Part shown: one piece after another, positions 1-12,243 of the stretch
How the letters are laid out: every line of letters starts with the position of its first letter
Position numbering within the stretch: position 1 is the stretch's first letter
Assembly (NCBI GenBank): GCA_001818315.1
Contig: MHKF01000012.1
Location: forward strand, 23,976-87,975
Source of the DNA: Candidatus Kerfeldbacteria bacterium RIFCSPLOWO2_02_FULL_42_19
Lineage (GTDB): Bacteria; Patescibacteriota; Patescibacteriia; HO2-48-17
Direction: 5' to 3'
Length of the DNA stretch: 64,000 bases
The notes under the pieces: model-generated
What the model saw: only the letters and a program-made list of their open reading frames with translations
Told to the model about the DNA's origin: nothing
Database searches by the model: none
Position numbers and translations under genes: made by a program

Positions 1-840
1 CAAGTGGATACGCTTGGGAATAATAGCAACGCTACTGCGGTGCGGATCAAGTTTAATAAACAAGATCGTATTCTGGCTGCGCCGGCTATTTCCGGTGGTC
101 CGCAAGTGCGTGTGTTTAATGAAAAAGGAAAACTTCTGCATCAATTTTTTGCCTATAGTGAAAGTTTTCGCGGTGGTGTTCGATTAGCCTCTTGTGATCT
201 TGACGGCAACGGCAATGCTGAAGTTATTACTGCACCTGGTCTCGGCGGCGGCCCGCAAGTGCGGGTATTCGATATGAATGGGAAAACGAAATTTACTCAA
301 GGATTTTTCGCCTACCCGAGTAATTTTAAGGGCGGTGTTTTTGTAGCTTGCGGTGACCTCGACGGCGACGGTCGTGCCGAGATTATTACTGGCACTGGCG
401 CAGGCGGCGGCCCGCAAGTGCGCGTGTTCGATAAGTCAGGGAATACGCGTTTTACTCCCGGTTTCTTTCCATACGATAGTAAGTTCCGCGGAGGCGTACG
501 TGTTGCTTCGGGAGATGTGAATGGTGATGGTATCGCAGAAATTATTACTGCACCTGGTCCTGGCGGCGGCCCACAGGTACGTCTTTTTGATCGCACTGGA
601 AAACCTGTGCTGGTAGCCGGTGGGTTTATGGCTTATGCGAGTAGTTTTAAGGGTGGCGTGAATCTTGCGATCGGCGATATTGATCAGGATGGAGCAGAGG
701 AGATCATCACCGGGGTTGGTGCTTCTGGATCACCACTGGTGCGAGCGTTTCATTACAAGGGTACGACTATCGAAAGTGAATTTTCTGCTTTTGACCAATC
801 CTTTAAGGGTGGTATTGTTGTTGCTGGAGGTTTTGAATAA
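1..840 (+). CDS. C-terminal part of an FG-GAP/VCBS-like repeat (beta-propeller) surface protein; 5' end outside window
   Basis: Frame open from base 1; ~53-aa repeats GGGPQVRVF..FFAY..FRGGVxVAxGDxDGDGxAEIIT with DxDGDG Ca-binding motifs. Confidence 0.85.
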   Translation, partial: QVDTLGNNSNATAVRIKFNKQDRILAAPAISGGPQVRVFNEKGKLLHQFFAYSESFRGGVRLASCDLDGNGNAEVITAPGLGGGPQVRVFDMNGKTKFTQGFFAYPSNFKGGVFVACGDLDGDGRAEIITGTGAGGGPQVRVFDKSGNTRFTPGFFPYDSKFRGGVRVASGDVNGDGIAEIITAPGPGGGPQVRLFDRTGKPVLVAGGFMAYASSFKGGVNLAIGDIDQDGAEEIITGVGASGSPLVRAFHYKGTTIESEFSAFDQSFKGGIVVAGGFE

Positions 841-867
841 TAGATTTGAGTTTGGTAATAATGCTTT

Positions 868-1215
868 ATGTTCCGTCCCGTTTCTATTACAGGTTTTATA
901 TTTTTAGGATTTTTTATTTTGAGTGGATGCCAAAAGCAACAGCAAACACGTCCACCGGAAAAAGCTTTGCAAGCGGCGCAGGAACTTTATGCGCAGGCGG
1001 TTGACGCTGATGCCGATCTTTCGTCCGGACCATGTCTTTCCAATGGTCTTTTTTCCGGCGTCTCACCAGAAGACCAATGGGTTGTTGATATCGTACACGC
1101 TCCGCGTCTTGATATCGATAATCTTCCAGCGAATCAATGTGCAGCCTACCGTAATGGCGAAGCGAAACATTTTATTGAACTCGATCTTGACGGAAAGCTT
1201 ATAAAGTTTTTTTAA
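868..1215 (+). CDS. Hypothetical lipoprotein
   Basis: Hydrophobic N-terminus with lipobox LSGC; two further Cys (GPCLS, NQC). Confidence 0.75.
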   Translation: MFRPVSITGFIFLGFFILSGCQKQQQTRPPEKALQAAQELYAQAVDADADLSSGPCLSNGLFSGVSPEDQWVVDIVHAPRLDIDNLPANQCAAYRNGEAKHFIELDLDGKLIKFF

Positions 1216-1220
1216 CAGTA

Positions 1221-1248
1221 ACAGGGAGTCTCAGATGAGAATCCCTGT
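1221..1248. terminator. Hairpin between convergent genes
   Basis: ACAGGGAGTCTCA..TGAGAATCCCTGT imperfect inverted repeat. Confidence 0.5.
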
Positions 1249-1291
1249 CCTTTAAAGTTCCTCAATTTTTTCACTGGTAGTTTTCATTCGC

Positions 1292-1462
1292 TTAGTACCA
1301 CTTTGGTGTGTAATCCTTGGTACCTTTAGACCGTCGTTTGTATCCGCCGTGGTTGTCACGTTTTCGTCGAACGATTCCGGTAGCCTTGCAACGTTCACAC
1401 CATTTGTAAAGTGGTTTTTCGGCGCGACATTGTGGACATGTTTTATACCTTTCTTTCATCAT
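1292..1462 (-). CDS. Small basic CxxC..CxxC zinc-finger protein, 56 aa (absent from the ORF track)
   Basis: Manual translation MMKERYKTCPQCRAEKPLYKWCERCKATGIVRRKRDNHGGYKRRSKGTKDYTPKWY; SD AGGAAAGGAG just upstream; downstream hairpin. Confidence 0.75.
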   Translation of the reverse strand: MMKERYKTCPQCRAEKPLYKWCERCKATGIVRRKRDNHGGYKRRSKGTKDYTPKWY

Positions 1463-1639
1463 GAGTTTCTCCTTTCCTACTCACGTCTCCAGGTTGAACG
1501 TCATGTTTATGTCGTAGGTAGAATATATACTCACTGAATTTTTTTGCAAGGATACCAAGATGTACGATATAGAGTACGTTCTTTTTCAATCTCGTGCGAA
1601 TGTTTGATGATTGAGTGTTGTCCGTGTTAGACTCAGGAT

Positions 1640-2248
1640 ATGAAAATTCCAAAACAAGCACGATGTGTATTTCGTGGAGTCATTTTCGACGTGTATCAAT
1701 GGAAGCAGCGATTGTACGACGGTTCGACGGTTACTTTCGAACGTCTCAAGCGGCCGGACACTGTGCAGGTTATTGCAACCAGCGGCAAAAAAATTTTTAT
1801 TTCTGATGAAAAACAACCTGATCGTCCACGGTTTTTTTCCCTTTTTGGTGGCCGAATAGAAGTTGGTGAAACGCCTCTCGAAGCCGCGAAAAGGGAATTT
1901 TTTGAAGAATCGGGCATGGAATCGCCTGATTGGGAGTTTGTAAAATATTACGAACCCGTCGTAAAAATTGATTGGAAGATTCATTTGTTCATTGCGCGTC
2001 ATTGTGAACAAAAATCACGGCAGCAGTTAGAGGCAGGGGAAAGGATTCGCGTGCGAGCTGTTTCATTTCAGCAATTTTTCAATATTGTATTTTCTTCTAA
2101 ATTTCGTGGGGTAGAATTTTCCTATGACATGTTAAAAATGCGAACATTGCAACGGCGAGAATTTGAGGCGTTTCGCAGACATTTATTTGATGGGACTGTC
2201 GCCGAATACCGTTTTTTATACAATGTGCAAAACAAAAGAGGAGGATGA
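1640..2248 (+). CDS. NUDIX hydrolase (ADP-ribose pyrophosphatase-like)
   Basis: Nudix box GGRIEVGETPLEAAKREFFEESG. Confidence 0.88.
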   Translation: MKIPKQARCVFRGVIFDVYQWKQRLYDGSTVTFERLKRPDTVQVIATSGKKIFISDEKQPDRPRFFSLFGGRIEVGETPLEAAKREFFEESGMESPDWEFVKYYEPVVKIDWKIHLFIARHCEQKSRQQLEAGERIRVRAVSFQQFFNIVFSSKFRGVEFSYDMLKMRTLQRREFEAFRRHLFDGTVAEYRFLYNVQNKRGG

Positions 2249-2352
2249 TTCTCCTTTCTCAGCACACTGTGCAGTGTGAGTGTTTCGAAAGCGAGGGCTA
2301 TCCTCTTCTTTTGTTTTGTGTCTTGAACAAGAAAACATTCGGTGACCGTTGA
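2192..2352. mobile_element. MITE-like element, hairpin-cargo type (copy 1)
   Basis: Left end GGGACTGTCGCCGAATAC, degenerate right end ACATTCGGTGACCGTTGA, internal hairpin 2228-2318 with core CTTTCTCAGCACACTGTGCAGTGTGAGTGTTTCGAAAG also seen at 24.7, 54.5 and 57.7 kb. Confidence 0.7.
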
Positions 2353-2464
2353 TTCATCTGCTTGACTCTTGTGTGATTTCACAGTAGTTTGAGTATATTT
2401 GTCAGCTCATTTGCGTCGAAATATTTTTTTTCTGGTATAGAACCGGAAGGAAAGGAGGAAAAAC

Positions 2465-3217
2465 GTGAGGAATCAGAATTATTTTGATCTTTTGGCATTG
2501 TTCCGTACCTCGCCATTTGGAGAGGATCCGGAGCAGTGTCTTCCTGATCCGGGTGTAGTTTCACAATTCATGTCAACGCTTGTAGCGTACATTTCGAAGG
2601 CGAAGACTTCCTTGAAGATTGCTTCGGGTGAAGCTAATTTCCACCTTTACAGTGATCCGCAATTCCTACAAGTGTTGCGATTCCTTGCGCAACGCGGAGT
2701 TCGTATCGCGTTGGTTCTTGGTCCCGTGGTTTCTCGTGGATTGACGCAGAATTCTCCGGAGATGTTTCAGTTAACACAGGATGGTAGTCTTGAGATCTAT
2801 TATCGAGCACAGCGCGGTGGGACTGCCGAGGTATTCCTCTGTGATGATAGAGAAGCGTGGCTGTGTGATCGATGGTCGCCAGATTTTTGTTTTCAGACGC
2901 CTCCTGTGATTCGTCACCTTTCAGTCAAAAATACTCGTGACATGTTGCAGTTCAATGCTGTACTCCGGACCTTCAAGCATTTCATGGCTTTTCAAAATAG
3001 GGTCATCGATCCATGGAGCGACTTCTTGGTACTTCGACCATCGGAGATTCGTGCTCTTCGCGCAAGCCTTGATGTCCCTGAGATGTACGAGTCGCTGCAA
3101 TTGCAGGACCTTGTTTCTCTGCTGCGCGATGCTCGTAGGTTGGAACTGGAACGGAAACCACAAGGCTGGGCAGTTTCTATGAATGTTCACGCGTTCGATG
3201 CGAGTTCAGCAATGTAA
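2465..3217 (+). CDS. Hypothetical protein, possible PLD-like fold
   Basis: 250-aa ORF followed by a hairpin; 'AKTSLKIASGE..FLAQRGVRIALVLG' resembles PLD/TrmB-type domains; no HKD motif. Confidence 0.6.
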   Translation: MRNQNYFDLLALFRTSPFGEDPEQCLPDPGVVSQFMSTLVAYISKAKTSLKIASGEANFHLYSDPQFLQVLRFLAQRGVRIALVLGPVVSRGLTQNSPEMFQLTQDGSLEIYYRAQRGGTAEVFLCDDREAWLCDRWSPDFCFQTPPVIRHLSVKNTRDMLQFNAVLRTFKHFMAFQNRVIDPWSDFLVLRPSEIRALRASLDVPEMYESLQLQDLVSLLRDARRLELERKPQGWAVSMNVHAFDASSAM

Positions 3218-3222
3218 TTTTG

Positions 3223-3266
3223 AGCAGGCTGTCTCGAAACTCATAGCAGTTTTAAGACAGCCTGTT
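3223..3266 (+). terminator. Probable intrinsic terminator
   Basis: AGCAGGCTGTCT..AGACAGCCTGTT stem just after the stop codon. Confidence 0.6.
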
Positions 3267-3345
3267 TCGCATTTTGACGACAGTGCAGGTATAGTAAAGG
3301 TGGACTTCTGTTTTAGGCTTATAGATTTTTTATTCCATTCAATCC

Positions 3346-4671
3346 ATGGTTTTTAAAGAATTATTTAAAAAAATAATTCCTGCAACAATTTTGAGCGCCT
3401 ATCATTTGATGCTTGCATGGGTTGCTGCAGTTTGGTATCGATTTCCTTCTCGTAGGCTTATTGTTATTGGCGTAACCGGTACGAAAGGAAAATCGACGAC
3501 GAGTTTTTTTATTACTAAACTTCTCGAAACACTCGGTGAATCTGTCGGGCTCTCGGGCACGATTATGTTTAAGGTTGGACGTCGCGAATGGCCGAATACT
3601 CTCAAGATGACGATGCCAGGTCGATTTCGTTTGCAGCGATTATTGCGGGATATGGTTCGTGCGGGTTGCGCGTTCGCTGTGATCGAGACAACTTCAGAAG
3701 GTATTGCTCAGCACCGGCATCGCGGCATCGACTATGACGTGCTTGTTTTTACAAATCTTTCTCCAGAGCATATCGAGCGACACGGGAGTTTTGAAGCGTA
3801 TAAGCGTGCTAAACAATCGTTGTTTCAGAATTTGCATCGTAGTTTTCATAAAAATCTTTTTTTCCATAAGCAAGTTCGGCGTATTCTTAAAGTTATCGTT
3901 GTGAATCGTGATGATCCTCATTTCGCTGGTTTTGTGCAATTTTCTGCTGATCAACACGTCGCTGTGAGTCTCTGTGATACAGCTGCTGCAATTTTTGCTC
4001 GCGATGTTATTTCAAATGACTCCGGCAATACATTTACCGTGGCCGATCAACATTTTACTTTGTCGTTACTTGGAGATTTTAATGTCATGAATGCTTTACT
4101 CACATTAGCCGTCGGTGCCGTGTTTGATTTTTCTTTAGAGCATATGAGGTTGGCGCTTGCGAAACTCCCGCAGATTCCAGGGCGTATGCAGCGCATTGAT
4201 GGAGGTCAGGATTTTACGGTGATTGTTGATTACGCTCATGAACCCAAAAGTATGGAAGCGTTGTTTCGTAATGCAAAGCGTCTACGAAAAAATCCGCAGA
4301 GTCGCATTATTACTCTGATAAGTTCTACCGGCGGTGGTCGAGATGTTGCACGTCGACCTATGCTCGGTAAACTCGCTGGTGGGTATGCGGATATTGTGAT
4401 TGTGACTGACGAAGATCCGTATGATGAGGATCCGAATGTTATTATGCAAGCGGTTGCAAGGGGTGTTGTCGAAGCTGGAAAAATACTCGGTCAAACTTTT
4501 TTCATTTTTCAAGATCGCAAGGAAGCTATTTTCGAAGCCATTCGTTTGGCTCGTAGTGGTGATGTAGTGCTTTTACCCGCAAAAGGCTCGGAACGAGTCA
4601 TGGCCGTAGCACATAATACACATATTCCGTGGAGCGACGAAGCTATCGCTCGAGAAGCTTTGAAAAAGTAG
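3346..4671 (+). CDS. murE: UDP-N-acetylmuramyl-tripeptide synthetase (MurE family)
   Basis: GVTGTKGKST P-loop, ETTSEG, TNLSPEHIE, GRMQ, VDYAH motifs. Confidence 0.88.
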   Translation: MVFKELFKKIIPATILSAYHLMLAWVAAVWYRFPSRRLIVIGVTGTKGKSTTSFFITKLLETLGESVGLSGTIMFKVGRREWPNTLKMTMPGRFRLQRLLRDMVRAGCAFAVIETTSEGIAQHRHRGIDYDVLVFTNLSPEHIERHGSFEAYKRAKQSLFQNLHRSFHKNLFFHKQVRRILKVIVVNRDDPHFAGFVQFSADQHVAVSLCDTAAAIFARDVISNDSGNTFTVADQHFTLSLLGDFNVMNALLTLAVGAVFDFSLEHMRLALAKLPQIPGRMQRIDGGQDFTVIVDYAHEPKSMEALFRNAKRLRKNPQSRIITLISSTGGGRDVARRPMLGKLAGGYADIVIVTDEDPYDEDPNVIMQAVARGVVEAGKILGQTFFIFQDRKEAIFEAIRLARSGDVVLLPAKGSERVMAVAHNTHIPWSDEAIAREALKK

Positions 4672-4740
4672 TTTTTCTTTCATCATAGCTTCTTTTTACC
4701 CTTTCCGCTTCGTACTTGACATTTTTATTCCCGTTATTTC

Positions 4741-4769
4741 TTGACAGAGTTTTGAACTTGTTGTAAACT
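4741..4769 (+). promoter_or_regulatory. Sigma70-type promoter of rpoBC
   Basis: TTGACA-17 bp-TAAACT. Confidence 0.65.
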
Positions 4770-4946
4770 TTTTACTAGCATAAGCCTTTATTCTTGGCAA
4801 ATCAACCACTCCATGTTTTCATTCTTCGCTTTGTTACGATGAGGAGCGGTCATTCCAGATTTCTTTAGAAACAGAAAACTGGCCTTTTTTATATTTTTAT
4901 TTCGATTTTCGTCGCAGCCCTTTTGTCTCATCATTAAATTCTCTCC

Positions 4947-8303
<3,357 letters not shown>

Positions 8304-8318
8304 CTATTCTTGAGACTT

Positions 8319-11300
8319 ATGTTGGAAAACATTACACTTCGTGTTCAAGATTTTAAAGCGATTCGTTTGAAACTCGCGTCACCTGACGAGATACTTGATT
8401 GGTCTCATGGCGAAGTAACTCGACCTGAGACAATTAATTATCGCACACAACGGCCAGAACGTGATGGATTGTTTTGTGAACGTATTTTTGGTCCATCGAA
8501 AGATTGGGAGTGTTATTGTGGAAAGTATAAGAGGATTCGTTATAAGGGTATTGTTTGTGATAAGTGTGGTGTGGAAGTTACGCGTTCTGTTGTGCGACGT
8601 GAGCGCATGGGTCATATTCAACTTGCGGCGCCTGTGTCGCATATTTGGTTTCTCCGCGGTGTCCCTTCAAAAATTGGTTTTATTCTTGATCTCTCTGTAC
8701 AAGCGCTCGAAAAAGTTATCTATTTCGCGAATTTTATTATCACAAATGTTGATGAGACGCTGAAGGAAAAAACCCTTGTCCAGATTTATGATGAAGCCAA
8801 GTCAAAGCGACACAGTATCCAAGGTGAATATCAACAAACAGTGCAAGATATTGAAAAACGCAAAAAAGCAGCTTTACATCAAGCAACTGGAACGCAGCGC
8901 AAGACTCTTACGGAGGAATTTGAACAGGAGCTTATCAACGCTGCCGTTATGCGAGATGAAAAATTGAAGGATTTGGACACGGCTGTAGATCTTGCGAAGA
9001 AAGAACTTAAAAATCTTGAGTCTCTGCAAATTTTATCTGAAAGTGAATATCAAGATCTTTCTTTAAAGTATGGTCATGTATTTGAGGCTAGTATTGGCGC
9101 TGAAGCCATCCGGAAACTTTTGGAACACATTGATTTAGATAAGCTTACTCACGAACTTGCAGAAGCAATAATTGAGAGCGCTAAAAATCAAAAGCGTCGT
9201 CTTGTGCGTCGTTTGAAGTTTGTGCGTAGTCTCAGATTGAATAATATTCGTCCGGATTGGATGATTTTGACGATGTTGCCTGTGATTCCTCCCGATCTTC
9301 GTCCTATGGTGCAACTTGATGGCGGTCGTTTTGCTGCTTCCGATTTGAATGATTTATATCGCCGTGTGATTAATAGGAATAATCGTCTGAAGAGACTTCA
9401 GGAACTTAACGCGCCGGAAGTGATCCAGCGTAATGAAAAGCGTATGCTTCAAGAAGCCGTTGATGCACTCATTGATAACAGCGCCCGTCATGGGAAAACC
9501 GTTACAGCCTCTACAGGTCAAAAGCGGCAATTAAAATCACTTGCGGATATGCTCAAAGGCAAACAAGGTCGTTTTCGCCAGAATCTCCTTGGGAAGCGCG
9601 TAGACTATTCTGGGCGTTCAGTCATTGTTGTTGGTCCTCATTTGAAGCTCCATCAGTGTGGACTGCCGAAGACCATGGCGTTGGAACTTTTTAAGCCTTT
9701 TGTGATGAGTGAATTAATCAAACGCGAAATTGTTTACAATGTTCGGAGCGCAAATCGTTTTATTGAATCTGGCGACGGTCGTATTTGGGACATACTGGAA
9801 GAGATTACGAAGAAATCCTATGTCCTCCTGAATCGTGCTCCGACACTCCATCGATTGGGTATTCAAGCTTTTCAACCGATACTTATTGAGGGTAAGGCTA
9901 TTCAGATCCATCCACTTGTTTGTACGGCTTTTAATGCAGATTTTGATGGTGATCAAATGGCAGTGCATATTCCGCTGACAGCAGAAGCTCAAAAGGAAGC
10001 CGCTCAAATTATGCTTTCGTCAAAGAATTTGTTGAAGCCGGCAACGGGTGATCCGGTTGTTTCCCCGAGCCAAGATTTAGTTCTTGGTGTGTATTACATG
10101 ACAACATTTGCGCAGAAAGAACGTGCACATGTTTTTGAGAGTCCCATAGAGGCGTTGAATATGTATGCCCTGGGGCATATCGGTATTCAAACCCGCATCC
10201 GAGTTCGTATAGATCAGAAAATTATTGAAGATGACACACAATCTGATCTGAAGAAAGGCATTGTCCTCACTTCAGTTGGGAGAATACTTTTCAATCAAGT
10301 TTTACCAGAGAGCATGCAGTTTATCAATAAAACGCTTGATAAGAAAGGACTCCGTCAGGTGATTGCGGAATGTTTGCGTCTGCACGGACGTGAACGTACA
10401 GTGGAACTTTTGGATGCTATTAAGATGGCGAGTCTGACCTACTTAACGAGTTCTGGTCTGAGTTGGGGTATGGACGATTTGATGATCCCAAAGGAAAAAA
10501 CAGATATTGTGAGCGCAGCTGAGAAAGAAGTTGATGAGTTGCAGTCGCAGTATGACGCTGGTCTTTTGACCGACGAGGAGCGACATGCTCGTATTGTTGC
10601 AGTATGGACTCGTGTAAAGAATGACATCACCGACCTCAGTCAGAAAACGCTCGATCCATATGGTTCTGTGTATGCTATGATTAATTCCGGATCACGAGGT
10701 TCTTGGGGCCAAACGACGCAGATGATGGGTATGAAGGGACTTGTTGTTAGTCCTTCAGGTAGTACTATCGAATTGCCTGTGAAGCGGAGTTTTAAAGAAG
10801 GTTTTGATGTATTGGAATATTTTATTTCGACACACGGCGCTCGGAAAGGTTTGACGGATATTGCTTTACGTACTGCGAATGCAGGGTATCTTACTCGGCG
10901 TTTGGTGGATGTGGCACAAGATGTTGTGGTTATACAAGAAGATTGCGGCGATCGCGTTGGAATTACATGGCGGAAAGAGGAAGTCGGTGAAATGGGTCCT
11001 GCACTGGAAGATCGCGTGATTGGGCGTGTACTTGCTAAACCCATTCTTCATCCGAAGACAAAAAAAGAAGTATTGAAGGCCGGTGAACTCGTAACTTCTG
11101 AGCATAGTAAAATATTGAAGAAATTAGGTTTGAAAGAGGTTACGTTTCGCTCTGTTTTAACCTGCAAGACGTTACGAGGAATTTGTCAGCAATGTTATGG
11201 TTACGATTTAGGCCACAATACCTTAGTTGCACTCGGTACCGCTGTGGGTATTATTGCTGCACAAAGTATTGGTGAACCGGGCACCCAGTTGACTATGAGA

Positions 11301-12218
11301 ACCTTCCATACCGGCGGTGTTGCTGGAGCGGATATCACACAAGGATTACCACGTGTGGAAGAACTTTTTGAAGCCCGACCTATTAAGAGTGCTGGTATAC
11401 TTTCTGAAGTCGATGGCGAGGTTTTGGAAGTGAAAGAAGAAGGAAAGCAAAAGACCCTTGTGCTGCGTTATTCAAAACCCACTAAACAAGTCGTAACTAT
11501 TGCAAAGGGTGATAAGGTAGAGGTTAAAGATGGCGATCAAGTCCGTGTTGGTGACATCTTACTCAAACACGTTTCCGAAAATATTCCTGCGCATGTTGAT
11601 GGGAATGTTAAAATTGAAAATCGCCAGATCATGGTCTTTGGTACTGAAGAGAAAGTTGTGGAATATGCTCTTCCGATTGGCTTTGGTGTGAAGGTTGGAG
11701 TTGGAGATCTTGTAACTCAGGGTATGCAGCTTTCTGAAGGGAGTCTTGATCTTCATCAGCTTTACTTACTCCGAAGCAAACTTGACACACAGAAATATAT
11801 TATTAAAGAGATCCAATACATTTATGCTTCTCAGGGACAAGATCTGAACGATAAGCATCTTGAGGCTATCGTGCGTCAGATGTTTTCGCGATATTACATT
11901 AAGGACGCACGTGATACCGATATGATTACCGGTGATATTGTTGCTTTGCATCAAATCATTCGCGCGAATCAGAAGGTTAAAACTTCAGGAGGAAAAGAAG
12001 CTCTTACCGAACCTCTGTTGCTGGGTATTACAAAGGTTTCGCTTTCAACAGATAGCTTCTTAGCCGCTGCTTCGTTTATTGAAACTGCTAAAGTTCTCAT
12101 CGACGCCGCAATTTCCGGTAAAGTTGATGATTTGTCCGGGTTGAAAGAAAACGTTATTATCGGGAAACTTATTCCTGTCGGCACTGGCTTTGTGCCTCCT
12201 GTGAGTCAGGAAAAATAA
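8319..12218 (+). CDS. rpoC: DNA-directed RNA polymerase beta' subunit
   Basis: Catalytic NADFDGD, N-terminal Zn finger, QLTMRTFH; ATG at 8319 preferred to TTG at 8310. Confidence 0.99.
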   Translation: MLENITLRVQDFKAIRLKLASPDEILDWSHGEVTRPETINYRTQRPERDGLFCERIFGPSKDWECYCGKYKRIRYKGIVCDKCGVEVTRSVVRRERMGHIQLAAPVSHIWFLRGVPSKIGFILDLSVQALEKVIYFANFIITNVDETLKEKTLVQIYDEAKSKRHSIQGEYQQTVQDIEKRKKAALHQATGTQRKTLTEEFEQELINAAVMRDEKLKDLDTAVDLAKKELKNLESLQILSESEYQDLSLKYGHVFEASIGAEAIRKLLEHIDLDKLTHELAEAIIESAKNQKRRLVRRLKFVRSLRLNNIRPDWMILTMLPVIPPDLRPMVQLDGGRFAASDLNDLYRRVINRNNRLKRLQELNAPEVIQRNEKRMLQEAVDALIDNSARHGKTVTASTGQKRQLKSLADMLKGKQGRFRQNLLGKRVDYSGRSVIVVGPHLKLHQCGLPKTMALELFKPFVMSELIKREIVYNVRSANRFIESGDGRIWDILEEITKKSYVLLNRAPTLHRLGIQAFQPILIEGKAIQIHPLVCTAFNADFDGDQMAVHIPLTAEAQKEAAQIMLSSKNLLKPATGDPVVSPSQDLVLGVYYMTTFAQKERAHVFESPIEALNMYALGHIGIQTRIRVRIDQKIIEDDTQSDLKKGIVLTSVGRILFNQVLPESMQFINKTLDKKGLRQVIAECLRLHGRERTVELLDAIKMASLTYLTSSGLSWGMDDLMIPKEKTDIVSAAEKEVDELQSQYDAGLLTDEERHARIVAVWTRVKNDITDLSQKTLDPYGSVYAMINSGSRGSWGQTTQMMGMKGLVVSPSGSTIELPVKRSFKEGFDVLEYFISTHGARKGLTDIALRTANAGYLTRRLVDVAQDVVVIQEDCGDRVGITWRKEEVGEMGPALEDRVIGRVLAKPILHPKTKKEVLKAGELVTSEHSKILKKLGLKEVTFRSVLTCKTLRGICQQCYGYDLGHNTLVALGTAVGIIAAQSIGEPGTQLTMRTFHTGGVAGADITQGLPRVEELFEARPIKSAGILSEVDGEVLEVKEEGKQKTLVLRYSKPTKQVVTIAKGDKVEVKDGDQVRVGDILLKHVSENIPAHVDGNVKIENRQIMVFGTEEKVVEYALPIGFGVKVGVGDLVTQGMQLSEGSLDLHQLYLLRSKLDTQKYIIKEIQYIYASQGQDLNDKHLEAIVRQMFSRYYIKDARDTDMITGDIVALHQIIRANQKVKTSGGKEALTEPLLLGITKVSLSTDSFLAAASFIETAKVLIDAAISGKVDDLSGLKENVIIGKLIPVGTGFVPPVSQEK

Positions 12219-12243
12219 AATTTATTTTTATTCGACGCATCGT

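Noticed and set aside
90-585. Recurring GGCGGCGGCCCGCAAGTGCG at ~160-bp spacing as a CRISPR array
   Set aside because: In-frame coding repeats of the FG-GAP protein; intervening sequences are homologous; no cas genes
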